DNA of 64,000 bases from Eledone cirrhosa (Eukaryota). The notes beneath the pieces were generated by a model. That model searched no databases. It had not been told where the DNA came from and saw nothing but the letters and a program-made list of their open reading frames with translations. Location of the stretch: positions 303,800,001 to 303,864,000 of the forward strand of contig OZ024741.1 of assembly GCA_964016885.1 (NCBI GenBank), given 5' to 3'. The translations under genes and the position numbers were made by a program. The number at the start of each line of letters is the position of its first letter. The stretch's first letter is position 1. Positions 13,701 to 26,149 of this stretch are shown here, one piece after another.

Positions 13701-14211
13701 GTCCCTGGCTTGGCAATGTTACCGAGGAGCTCTACCCGTTCGGGACAAGCTCTACAGACACGGGCGCCCGGGTAGGGACCCCTCGAAGAAGATCTGTCCG
13801 AGATGCGTGCGTGACGAGGAAACCGTCGCACACGCATTCGTACACTGCCCGGGCGTTGCTGACCTGTGGGGCTATGTGGAACGACTACTGTCGCGGGTGG
13901 GACCAATCCGGTTGACCACCGAGAACATTGTCACGATCAAACCGCCTCCCCCTTTCAAAAACGAAGGAGAGGCGGTTTTCCTCTGTATGATAGCTATGGC
14001 GAAAGAAGTTGTATGGTGGACAAGGTTGAAAGGGCTGAGGTCAGACACCTTTCTCTCCGGCCAACAACTGGTCTTTTTTTTCAAGTACCACTTTAGAAGA
14101 AGGATCAGAATGGAGAGAGAGGTGCTCTACCCCAGAAAGTTTTATGAAAGGTGGGTGAAAGTAACGAGAATGGCCCGAGTGAATGGGCCTTCTCTTTATA
14201 TCAGCCTGTAG
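10785..14211 (+). pseudogene. LINE ORF2: APE endonuclease + reverse transcriptase + zf-RVT, disrupted
   Basis: EN: CVNARS, ICESR, VGDWN, SYLDRFLV, SDH. RT: KSPGLDGLPYELY, FRPITLLN, LDQSKAFDRVDH, AYADD. C-terminal CPRC...ETVAHAFVHC. Stops at ~11695, 12241, 12718, 12804, 13225 plus frameshifts. Confidence 0.95.
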
Positions 14212-14454
14212 GTGAGAGAGGAAAAGAATGAGAAGAGGAAGGAAGCACCCGCTCTTTGTGCTCCTGAAGAGGAGGGTTGCACATTTTTTCGGGGGTGTGT
14301 GCGACCTATCTCAACGCCCATCTATATTGAGGACATCGATTATTAAATTTAATTTGTTATATGTTTTTTACACGTCTTTTTAAATGTATGTAAACTCCCC
14401 CCCCCCCTTTGTATTTGTCCCAATCTTTGATGGCCTGGTGGTAAATAAATAGAA

Positions 14455-15022
14455 ATTTATATTTACCTTACAACACTTTCATTATCCCCCTCTCTATATA
14501 AATTTATACCAAACTGTTCCCCTCTTTATATCTACCACACAAGCCTCTCTCTCATTCCCCTTCTCAATGTCTATAACACAAAACTCTCTCTCAATACACC
14601 TTTCTATATCTACCATTCAACACTCTCTCAATACACCTCTCTATATCTACCATACAGCACTCTCTATACATAATCTCTCATACAAAACACTCTCATTAAT
14701 CCTCCTCTCTAAATCCATTACCACCAAACCCCTGTCCTCTCTATATTTACCACACGGCACACTCTCCTTATCCCGCTCTTGATATCCATGAACACCAGTC
14801 TCTAACCCTCTCTGGTGTCTATCACACAAAACTCTCTCACAATCCCCCTCTATATATCTGCTACCACAAAACCCTCTCCTTCTCTCTATCTATTTCTACC
14901 CATCTCTCCCAATCACTATTTCTATCTACACTTATCTCATCCAATAACTCTCTCTATATCAATCACCATCAAACTCTCTTCCTCTCTATATCTACTTCTA
15001 TATCTACTACACCACATTCTCT
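14455..15022. repeat. Degenerate CT-rich minisatellite (right part)
   Basis: Same ctctctatatctacca units as 8354-8718. Confidence 0.7.
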
Positions 15023-15029
15023 TATTAGA

Positions 15030-15990
15030 TCAAGGCGAGCAAGGAGAGCAAAGAGAGCAAGGAGAGCAAGGAGGGCAAGGAGAAGGAGAAGGAGAGCAAG
15101 GGGTGAATGGGAGTAAGGAGAGCAAGAAGAGCAATGAGAGCACTGAGAGCAAGGGGAGCAAGGAGAAGGAGGGCAAGGAGAGCAATTACTAGAGCAAGGA
15201 GAGCAAGGAGAGCAGGGAGAACAAGGAGAACAATGACTAGAACAAGGAGAACAAGGAGTAGATCAAGGAGAGCAAGGAAAGCAAAGGGAGCAAGGAGATC
15301 ACTGAGAGCAAGAAGAGCAAGGAGAGCAAGGAAAGCAAGGAAAGCAAAGAGAGCAAGGAGAACAAGGAGAACAAGGAGAGGAGAACAAGGGGAGCAAAGA
15401 GAGTGAGAGACCAAGGAGCGCAAGGAGAGCAAGGAGAACAAGAAGAACAAGGAGAGCAAGGAGAAGGAGAAGGAGAGCAAGGGGTGAAGGAGAGTAAGGA
15501 TAGCTAGAAGAGCAATGAGAGCAATGAGAGCAAGGGGAGCAAGGAGAAGGAGAACAAGGGCGTGAAGGAGGGTAAGGAGAGCAAGAAGAGTAAGGAGAGC
15601 AAGGAGGAAAGTAAGGAGAGGAAGAGCAAGGAGTAGATCAAGGAGAGCGAGGAAAGCAAAGGGAGCAAGGAGAGCAAGGAAAAAAAGAGAGCAAGGAGAG
15701 CAAGGAGAAAAAGGAGAGTAAGGAGAGCAAGGAGAGTAAGGAGAACAAGGAGAGGAAAGCAAGGAGAGTAAGGAGAGGCGAGCAAAGAGAGGGAGAGCAA
15801 GGAGAACAAGGAGAGGAAAGCAAGGAGAGTAAGGAGAACAAGGAGAGCAAGGAGTGCAAGGAGAGCAAGGAGAGCAAGGAGAGCAAGGAGAACAAAGAAA
15901 GCAAGGAGAGCAAGGAAAGCAAGGAGAAGGAGAGCAAGGAGAGTAAGGAGAGCAAGAGCAAGGAGTGCAAGGAGGAGTGCAAGGAGAGCT
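15030..15990. repeat. Purine-rich 9-bp satellite (GAGCAAGGA)n
   Basis: About 100 degenerate copies of gagcaagga, with higher-order duplicated blocks. Confidence 0.9.
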
Positions 15991-17186
15991 GAGTTCAAAT
16001 CCCACCGAAGTTAACTTCGACTTTTATCCTTCCAGCCTGATCAAATAAGTAGTAAAGTACTGGGGTCAATTTAATCCCCTCAAAATTTCTAACCCTGAGC
16101 TAAAATTAGAAATCAATATTTTATGTATGCGGTGAATTGTCAGTCGGACGCCACGCTTTGCAGCACAGAGTTACGGCCCTTTGCGGTCTGTGTTCAAATG
16201 CCCCCGAGATTAACTTTGCTTTCATCCTTACGGGGTTGATAAAATAAAGTACCAGTAATGCACTGGGATAATTGCTGGCCTTGTGCCAAAAGTAGAAACA
16301 ATTATTTTATATATTTTCATTTCTTATAAAAAAGTTCAATTGACATCCTGGGTGGTCAGATCGATTCTTTGAAGATCAATATCACTTTGGGGACGATCTC
16401 TGATTTAAAGCCCCGCCAATTCTAAGTCCGGTGGTTTATTCACATCTCAATCAGTTTATGCTGTTGAATCTGTTGTTTATCACTCGACTTTGTCAAGTCT
16501 AAACATCAAACAGAATATTTACTAAGACATTGTAGTACATTTCAATGTGTATTTGTAGCAGATCGGCACTATTAAATATATGATTCCCACTTGTCAGTGG
16601 GTATGAATACAGTACTGGAGTCGGTTCTTCCTCTATAAATCTGCCACACATTCTCTCTCTCTCTTTCTCTGTTTCTCGCTCTCTCTTCAGCTGTGTTCAG
16701 ATATGGAGAGGGAAAGGCTCCGACAGTTTTAAAAGCACGCCTTGCTCATGCTTACTTGACCTTTCATCTTTCCAAGGTTGTAACAAAAATACTGGATTTG
16801 ATGTGATCTATTAGAATAGAGTGCTCCAATATTGCCGGCTATTGTTCAAAACAGAAACAATAAAAAAAAATAGTAGACTATAGTCGAGTTGACCTTTGTA
16901 CATTACTAGTAATTATGCCATTGAAAACTGAAAAGGTATGAATCAACTCTATTGTGATTTGAACTCAGACATTTGATGTATCAAAGTAGCGGCTCTTACC
17001 TATGTGCAGGAATTTCTTTAGCAGCTGTATTTAACTAAATTACTCGAGAACAGCGCTCAAGAGACAACATTCCTGTGTCTATACTTACAAACCCCACTCC
17101 TTTCATTACATTGATTATTGTCGTAATCCAATAATTTCTAAATAAGAGCACTTAATGCGTACTTACATACACAGACAGACAATATA

Positions 17187-17229
<43 letters not shown>

Positions 17230-17504
17230 ATATATATATACACATACACACACACACATATTCACACACATGGGTGTGTATGTATGTGTATATATATCCG
17301 GCATCTGGTTAAGTGGCCATTATCGATAAAAGGTACCTGCAGTCACCCACGCTCCCATATTCCACCTAGCACTATCAAATGATAATCTTAATTATCTTTT
17401 GTTGATTGGCGCGTAATAAATGCCATAAAAACAATAGCTTGCGTATATACATACTTACGCACGCTCCGCACCCACAAACACAGACACGTGCGCGCCCAAA
17501 CACA

Positions 17505-17611
<107 letters not shown>

Positions 17612-17629
17612 ACACACACATAATTATCT

Positions 17630-17747
17630 AATATAGAAATGGCTTCTACGAGAATAAAACTGTTTGATTCTTATGAAATCATCAGGTGTCCCTAATGATT
17701 TCATAACAATGAAACAGTTCTAGTCCTGTAGAAGCCATTTCTTTATT
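17630..17747. mobile_element. Palindromic mini-element with head-to-head degenerate HHRs
   Basis: atggcttctac...aaatcatcagg|cctaatgatttc...gaaacagttctagtcctgtagaagccat. Same family as 29528 and 37081. Confidence 0.75.
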
Positions 17748-17772
17748 GAATAAGGGTGTTATTTATAGAGAA

Positions 17773-17910
17773 GAGCGTAGCTCAGTGGTTAAAGTTTCGG
17801 ATTCGCAGTCGCCAGGTTGTGAGTTTGGTTCTTGGAGCAGTGATGCGTTGTATTTTTGAGCAAAGCACTTTATTTCAGCTGTAGAAATACGTTGCGACGT
17901 CCCTGGTAAT
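17773..17910 (+). mobile_element. tRNA-derived SINE (second family), degenerate
   Basis: A-box TAGCTCAGTGG, tRNA-like head, then tttgagcaaagcactt core. Confidence 0.55.
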
Positions 17911-18519
17911 AAAGAAAGGCCATGTTCAAGAAACGTTTACACACACACATCTCCATCTTTGTCTTGTATATGGCTTTTCTTTATTTCCTTTTTTCCTGTC
18001 ATTTCTTTGCTCAAGCACACTTCTCCTTGTCCTCCTCTTTCACTTTTTGCTATATTTCATCAGCCTGTCACCCACCTTGTGGATTGTCTCTCTGCTGACC
18101 ACTGGCCGCTGGTCTCTGTCCTCTGAGGCATTTTTGCCCATCGCTGTCTTTGACAGCTGTTTTAACGGCTGTCCTAGCGCTGACTTTTCTCAGTTTTATA
18201 TCTATTCAAATACTCTCGCTTCGTCTCGATCAGAGATAACATTGTTTTAAATCGATTTATTTCACATTGTTTTTAAGTAAAGTAAGTAAAAGGTGGTGGA
18301 TAGGCATTATCGGAAAAGAGTCAGACACACAGCTTCGTGATATAGAGTAACGTTCTGAGTTCAAATCTCGCCGGGGTTAGCTTTGCCTTTCATCCATACG
18401 GGGTCGATAAAATATAGTACCAGTCAAAATTGCTGGTCTTGTGTCTAAATCAGAAACCATTATTTCAAGTAAATTCCTCGGGTAAGGAGGCTTTCTCTTT
18501 TGAAGTATACCTCTTCCGC

Positions 18520-18860
18520 GCTTTTTTTTTGTTTGCGTGGAGTTGGCACCTAGCATTCCTTTTTTTGGCTTGCAACGCTGGCTGCAGTTGTTGTACCTGT
18601 AAGACCAGCCTAGCCCATGGATGTTATCCAACCATCGTGTTGTCCCGTAAAATCTGTCCAGCGATTCTTTCCTGGGACATTCAAACCACATGCCCATATT
18701 ACCGGAGCTGTGATCTCTCAATTCGGAGAAGTGGCGGCCCTACTCTCTGATCTCCAAGCTACGCGCTCTATCGACTAACGTTACTCCAAAGACCTTCCGG
18801 AGGAAAGGGACCCCATTTCAGCTGCTTGTATTCGCGATCGTATTCTTTCGGACCGAAATA
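18520..18860 (-). mobile_element. RTE-clade LINE C-terminal fragment
   Basis: Reverse strand YGHVV-MSQERIAGQIL / TTRWLDNIHGLGWS, typical of an RTE ORF C-terminus. Confidence 0.55.
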
Positions 18861-19248
18861 GGGTTCCTGCGAATTGTCTTTGAAGTAACGTTATTGTCAT
18901 TTAAATTTACATTCACTCCTCATAATATTTGGTTCTTGTCAAACCACGTTTTTTTCTCTGTTTATGTGTTTGTGTTCAGCTCTGTCTGTTAACAAAACTT
19001 TCATCGATGTTTATTATGCTGCAATAGACAATACACAGCTACATGAGCTGTAACCATCACGTCTTTGTTTCAGGCATTGTATACACTGAAAAACATTATC
19101 CAATGTATCCTTTACTTAAAATGGTAGAGTATAACTTAAAACATATTTAGCTATCGTTTTTAGCGGATCTAACGATCATATAGATATTTCCTTAGTGATT
19201 CAAAGGTGTATTAATTTTTAACATGGGCACAATGATGAGAGAATCGTT

Positions 19249-19335
19249 TAAATCTACTATAGTACTTATTAAATCTACTATAGTACTTATTAAATCTATT
19301 TTAGTACTTATTAAATCTACTTTAGTACTTATTTT
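19249..19335. repeat. 21-bp tandem repeat x4
   Basis: taaatctactatagtacttat repeated four times. Confidence 0.9.
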
Positions 19336-20586
19336 ATTAAACCAAGGAAGACCAAAAGAGGAAGTTGATCCTAAAAAAATGGACTTAAACTTAATTAGAT
19401 ATTACACTGCTGTATTTTTGTGCGGTGCTCTACCGATTGTGCCACTTCTACTAGTATGGATGATAAAGAAAACCATAATAAAGACAGGGATATAACCATC
19501 TGATACGACGACCACCACCACTGTCATTATGATCAGCTCAAACATCCAACATCATCATTATCACCACCACCATCAACATATTATCGTCACCACAACCAGT
19601 AACCTCAATATTGTCACCAACTCTACCACTGCTATCATCATCATCATCGTCAACACTTCTACTATCACCAGCATCATCACCATTACAATAACAACCATCA
19701 TCACCACCACCAACACTACAACCAACTGCAGCAACACCATTATCATCACCAACATCACTACCATCATCATCACCAGCATTTCCATCACTGATATCATTGT
19801 CATAGTAATTTATATTCTTGCTCTTCGTTCTCTTCCTCCTCTTCCTCCCCTCCTCTTCCTCCCCTCCTCTTCCCCCTCCTCCTCATCATCATCATCCAGT
19901 TCTTCATCGTCATCATCATCACCATCATCCAAATTCTTTCTTCTACTCCTCTCCACCTCCTACTACAACTCATCGTCCCTCGGTTTCAACTCCTGTTACT
20001 TCTATTCGTAAAGAAAGAGAGAAAGAAAGAAGGAAAGAAAGATAGAAAGAAAAGAAAGAAAAGAAAAGAAAGAAACAGAGAAAGAAAGAAATAAAGAAAG
20101 AACTAAAAGAAAAGAGAGAAAGAAGGAAAGAATAAAAGAAAGAATGAAAGAAAGAATGAAAGACAGGAATGAGTGAATACAAATAAAGAGGAAACCGCGA
20201 ATGGCCATTGCAGTAGTCTCCCCTTCGTTCTTCGTTCTTCGATATCACTAATTGCAGTAGGAAATACAATTAACGTGTATTTGGTGTAGACGTAAAGAGG
20301 GAAAGGGTAGGTGGGTCTATTTGCTGAACGTGACCCCCGCCGCTGGCACCAAGCAAAGCAAAAATGCCCACCCGCATTTCAACTTTCTTTCTTATAGATT
20401 TCTTTATATTTGGACTTCCATTTTCTTCTTTTTTTTTTTAAGGTTTGTTTGTTTTTTTGTTGGGTGGTGGTGGTGAGAGGTGGGAGTTGTGTTTCTTTTT
20501 CATTGGTTGTTAGTTTTATAGATTTATGGAAGGTGTGAGATCCGGATGAGGAGAAACGGCTGTCCAGCGTGTTTGTATACATACAT

Positions 20587-20661
<75 letters not shown>

Positions 20662-20664
20662 TAC

Positions 20665-20748
<84 letters not shown>

Positions 20749-20853
20749 ATATATGCATTCATGCATACATACATACATACATACATACATACATACGTGT
20801 GTGTATGTATATATATATACATACACACATACATACACATGCATATGTGTATA

Positions 20854-20957
<104 letters not shown>

Positions 20958-21050
20958 AAAATGTGAAAGTCCCAAAGGCAAAACTTATATGTATAGTTGA
21001 GAAAATTGGGCAAATTATCTTAAGAGACGAAGGCAGTGGACAATAGAAGC

Positions 21051-21089
<39 letters not shown>

Positions 21090-21259
21090 AGAGTTAAACA
21101 AGGTTCAATGAATACATCAAAGAATGAGTTTTACAATAGATTGGAAGCACTCAACATTAAAAATGTTTTCCAGAGTTATTAATATTAATTCAAAGTATTA
21201 ACAACTACCTTGATTGAATCTTAACCATCTACCATGTCAGGGTATGTCATGGATCATTT

Positions 21260-21326
21260 TATTTTATCTGATGAGGACGTACTGTTGAACTTAACTCAGT
21301 ACCTCTGAAATATGTATAATAAAATA
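21260..21326 (+). ncRNA. Type I hammerhead motif
   Basis: TATTTTAT-CTGATGA-GGACGTACTG...CAGTACCTCT-GAAA-TATGTAT-A-ATAAAATA; helix I is perfect. Confidence 0.65.
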
Positions 21327-21418
21327 TAATTGATCACAAGAATATCTATTTTGTTAATATATATATATATATATACGATATTAACAAATGGAAACTATAT
21401 TTATAAAACCATATTTAT

Positions 21419-21480
21419 TTCATTATACATATTTCAAGGACACCAAGTTAAATTATGGTTTGCTTTCATCAGATAAAATA
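21419..21480 (-). ncRNA. Type I hammerhead motif (same family, opposite strand)
   Basis: Reverse complement TATTTTAT-CTGATGA-AAGCAAACCA...TGGTGTCCTT-GAAA-TATGTATA-ATGAA. Confidence 0.6.
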
Positions 21481-22709
21481 TAATATAGAGCAGTTTTATA
21501 AATAACATACCCTTAAAGAATGCAACCATTACTGTTGGAAGCTCCCGGATATATATATATATACATAAATCGACATCCCATATAAAATATGTATGAGGTG
21601 TGAATCATGATTTGAATGACTTCGTCAGGTGGTGCTAGAAATTAGACATTACCAGGGCCTAAACCTATCAACGTTATCAAAGTTACAGAAACAGTTACAA
21701 AAGGTGATCAGGTGATGTTTCCATCTTAAACGTTCTCATGGCTCCATTATAGATAACATTAAAAGTTGATATGTGAAGAGTTATGGTCATAAACTCTAGT
21801 GATGTTCTGTATTGCTCTGACCATTTTATATAAGAGTGTGCCCGTGTGTGTGTGCTAGTGTATGTGTGTGAGTGTTTGAGTGTGCGTGTATGCGAGCTCG
21901 CGCGCGCGCGCGCGTGTGTGTGTGTACATACGTATTCTGGGTACACTTACGTATAGTTCTTAGATGAGCTTTCAAGTTACTCTCGGGTCTCGAATAATCG
22001 TCCACCCTCTTTCCCCGCTTATTAATTTTTCAGATTTTTTCAAATCCACCCCGCTTATTAAATTTTACTAGTCTATCTCCGGCGAAATTTTATTTTAAGT
22101 GGTAGCATTCCTGCGACAATTAATTTTCTTTAGACATTACAAAACATTATGTGATAAAAAAAAGTACATTACGAGAAATCCCATACGTTATAAAATAAAT
22201 ATGATGAGTTGGGGGTCTCAATATGTAAACTAAACGACTAATTCTGGTTTTTTAAAAAACATACTTTCTTTCTTTCTTCTTTTCTCTGTTTCTTTCTTTC
22301 TCTCTTTCTTTCTTTTCTTTTCTTTCTTTCTTTCTTTACGAATAGAAGTAACAGGAGTTGAAACTGGGGGACGATGAGTAGTAGTAGGAGGCGGAGAGGA
22401 GTAGAAGAAAGAATGTGGTTGATGGTGATGATGATGACGATAATGAGCTCGAGAGTATGTTATGTTTCATGCTCTTTATTCTGCAAAAAACTAGAATAAG
22501 TAAATTTAAAGTTCATGTGTTTTGTAAGAGTTGTACAATAATTATTAAAGTCCTTTACTGAAATCATTATATTGATCCATCACATAATACGACAGCGATT
22601 TGTTCAACTTTATTGGATCATTAAATAAATTTTGTAAACATTAACAAATTTTTTTTACAGATTAATGTGTCACTTTTAGTGGTGGGGAGAATCAGTTTAT
22701 TTATGTATC

Positions 22710-23365
22710 AGATCAGGTCTCTGCCTGCTGCTGGAACCACGTAGGCCAGTCCAACCTGTTTCGTGGTCGGGTGGTCGGTGACTAAACCGACTCCCCCACC
22801 AGGCCCTGTTTTGATGAGGTGGGGAAGTGGAAAGCCAGCAGCACAAACAAGAGCTGTCAAAGAGCGGATGAATTCCAGAGTGAACGGCCACTCACTCCAA
22901 CTGTGGATTAAATAATAGCCTCAACAATCTGCAATTAGCCAAGCATGGTGAGTACAGTGACACCCCTAGAAGTTAAACACCATGACCTTGGCTTGTCACT
23001 GAACATATAGCTGCGGGGATGAAGTCGGTGTTATGTGTATAACACAAGCACGTAGCATTGCCATCTTTATGTGTAGATATTACTTCACAAGTCCCACGGC
23101 TGTGGAGGAATGGTAACGTGTGCAGACCCGACTGGTTAGAAGCTCATAGTCACAAATCTACATGTGGGTGGCTCAAGTCTTATCCTAACGTTGCTGCACT
23201 GTTAACCTGAACAGCAACATGCTTCGGTAGAGTCTTGAGCATCTGAGTATCCCTTTTTGGGGGATGTACTGCTCACTCATACCACATGAGAAGGGTCTAG
23301 AAAAGCTGACCTAAACAAATCATGTGCAGTCATTAAACTGGTTCGCAGCCTGCAGTTGGTGATGA
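22710..23365 (+). mobile_element. RTE-related non-autonomous element or 5' UTR relic
   Basis: Shares caacctgtt..tggtcgggt.gtcgg.gactaa.cc and caaag.gcgga.gaa...aacggcca blocks with the 45593/48101 elements. Confidence 0.5.
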
Positions 23366-23611
23366 TTAATAATTGTTTCTACTTTTGGCACAAGGCCAGC
23401 AATTATCCAGTGCATTACTGGTACTTTATTTTATCGACCCCGTAAGGATGAAAGGCAAAGTTAACCTTGGCGGGATTTGAACTCAGATCATAAAGGGGGG
23501 TAACTCTATGCTTCAAAGCATGGCGTCCGACTCTCTACCGATACTGCCAATCCACTAATAATAGCAGAGAATTCATTGGAGATATGATCGTATCCTGTAA
23601 AAAGGTGGCAG

Positions 23612-23671
<60 letters not shown>

Positions 23672-23988
23672 TCGTTCTCTCTGTTTCTCTTACTTTCTTT
23701 CGTCCCCTCTGTCATGTCAGTTAACACCTTCTCTCTACTGACCTCTTCCTCGCACTTCCACTCATTCACTCTCTGTTTCTCCCCTTCTTACTTCCTCCCG
23801 TTCACTACGAAAACGATTTTCCTTCTTTCTAACATCGGATTCACTAACGAAAGGTCTAATTCTTACTCGCTCATATATTCACACAGCTTATGCTGACAGA
23901 ATAACCATGTCGCTTGTGTTTCCTTCCATCTTCGGTTAGCTTTCCCCTGTGTTGTTTACTTGTCTCACTCGCTTTACGCGTTTCAATT

Positions 23989-24089
23989 GTCCTAATAACT
24001 TATTTTAGTTATTGTCGCACCAACGTGAGGTATATGATTTTTAATGCGATGAAATACCAATGATCGTTGGCAAATCACTGATGGGGGAC
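23989..24089 (+). ncRNA. Non-circularly permuted hammerhead-like RNA with K-turn (copy 1; core A9->G)
   Basis: GGTAT-A-TGATTT ... TGCGAT-GAAA-TACC ... AAATCA-CTGATGG-GGGAC; helices covary with the 44369 copy. Confidence 0.6.
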
Positions 24090-24139
24090 TCATTTTATAA
24101 CATATAATCCATGTGCAACCATGCAGTATTCTTCTCCCC

Positions 24140-24214
<75 letters not shown>

Positions 24215-24300
24215 CTGCCACTTTATCCCCAACAACCTATATATATATAAGGTGTTCGGGATAAATTTGATAGAGTCAACATTTCATCGAATACACACAC

Positions 24301-24359
<59 letters not shown>

Positions 24360-24360
24360 A

Positions 24361-24454
<94 letters not shown>

Positions 24455-24714
24455 ATTCGATAAAATGTTGACTAATCAGGGTTGCATATGCAACACACCG
24501 ATCAGTGAACGATACTGCAATTATATTTACGGACTCGACGTCATGTGTTTTCTTCCAAATATAGTTTGTTAGTCTGTGACGGAGTATATGTACAAGAGAA
24601 CGGACCTTGGCAATGAAAACATCGTAGTGGACGTTCCCTTGTCTTCAGCTTGTATTGCATTGGAAGCAACCTTATTGCATAAGATGCTGTCTAACGATGT
24701 ACGTTACTGGTTGC

Positions 24715-24769
<55 letters not shown>

Positions 24770-25307
24770 TATATATTACACAAAGAGAAATGTGTTACAC
24801 AGTGAGAAGTGTGTAAAGAATTATTACAAGTGATTTTACCGTTACTGTATAGGGAACAATATAGTTACGTCCCTTTACGATCTGAGTTCAAATCCCGCCG
24901 AGGTTGACTTTGCCTTTCATCCTTACGGGGTCGATAAAATAAAGTACCAGTAATGAACTGGGTTATTGCTGGCCTTGTGCCTAAAGTAGAAACAAATATC
25001 AACAGGTAAGCAATTAAATAGAAAAAAAACAGATCAGAATCAAATCTCTGGATTGGAATTTTAAATCACAAACCTTATAACTATATTTTGCTGATACGAA
25101 CCTAGTTTTTCGTTTCACCACTTATATGTGTCACCACCTATATGTGTAGAATAACAGTCCAACATGGATCATCAGTCAGCAAAATGCGAGACTGAATCCT
25201 GCACATCTAACCTTCAAAGCTAGAGAGATTGCAAATAGACACGCGGGCCAGAGTGGGCGAAATCACGTGTTATTCGAATCAAATAACGGCTCTCATATCT
25301 TCCCCAA

Positions 25308-25422
25308 TCCAGAGCTCAAGCCGTTTCGACGTCGGGGTCATACTTTCTCCTATTACCCACTCTACTACCCTAAGTAATGAGTACCTGGTGCGTTATGCAT
25401 CTGGTTCCCTACAACTCCTTCG

Positions 25423-25424
<2 letters not shown>
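25308..25424 (+). mobile_element. Mini-PLE end with shared 3' tail before (TA)n
   Basis: gagctcaagccgtttcgac|gtcggggtc...tattacccactctactaccctaagtaatgagtac...(TA)n. Confidence 0.7.
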
Positions 25425-25482
<58 letters not shown>

Positions 25483-26149
25483 GGGACTAGTTGCGTCAAT
25501 AATTATTTCTACTTTTGGCACAAGGCCAGCAATTATACAGTGCATTACTGGTACTTTATTTTATCGACCTCGTAAGGATGAAAGGCAAAGTTAACCTCGG
25601 CGGAATTTGAACTCAGAATGGCAAGGGCCGTAACTCTATGCGCCAAAGCGATACTGCCAATCCACCGTCAATAATGGCAATTCTAATGTTTCACATGTAT
25701 TTAATTTTTGTAGTCCAGGATTGGTATGCCATATATACCAGGAATACTGAATATATGAACATTCATGCAAAATGGGAAATTTGCATTTTGAGAAATTAAT
25801 GAGAATCCCTATTGTTAATGTTGATTACACGTGGAAGTGATTAAAGATAAAATGATATTTTGATAATTTGATAATTTATTTCTAGTATACTATTACATAA
25901 ATGTTCAGCATATAGATACATATGTCATACAGCATTAAATGTATAAGAAACAACTATGTACAGGTACACATGTAGAAGTTAAAACCCAGAACTTTGTGTT
26001 TGGAAAGCGAACTTCCTGGCTGAGATATGGAATGTATTGTGTGCCTATATATGTGTGTTTCTGAGTTTGTAAATTGTAAAATCCCCTGACGGATACAAAC
26101 ATGATGTATTATTATGGTTTTTTCTGAGAATTATCATGTATACATAAGG

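Larger units (their letters stand above)
8719..14453 (+). mobile_element. Near full-length Tx1/L1-clade non-LTR retrotransposon (decayed)
   Basis: 5' UTR, ORF1 with zinc knuckle, ORF2 with APE + RT + C-terminal zinc finger, and 3' UTR ending aaataaataga. Confidence 0.9.

Noticed and set aside
15025-16005. 326-aa and overlapping ORFs (SPC/LLAL/RRA repeats)
   Set aside because: Translation of a 9-bp satellite.
17773-17850. tRNA gene
   Set aside because: Degenerate B-box and cloverleaf followed by a SINE core; treated as a SINE head.
19249-19335. CRISPR-like array (also 28930-29000 and 51375-51980)
   Set aside because: Head-to-tail repeats without unique spacers, no cas genes, eukaryotic context.
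21978-22260. DNA-transposon left end (tactctcgggtctcgaataa...ccccgcttattaatttt)
   Set aside because: No matching right TIR or transposase in the window; family not assignable by eye.
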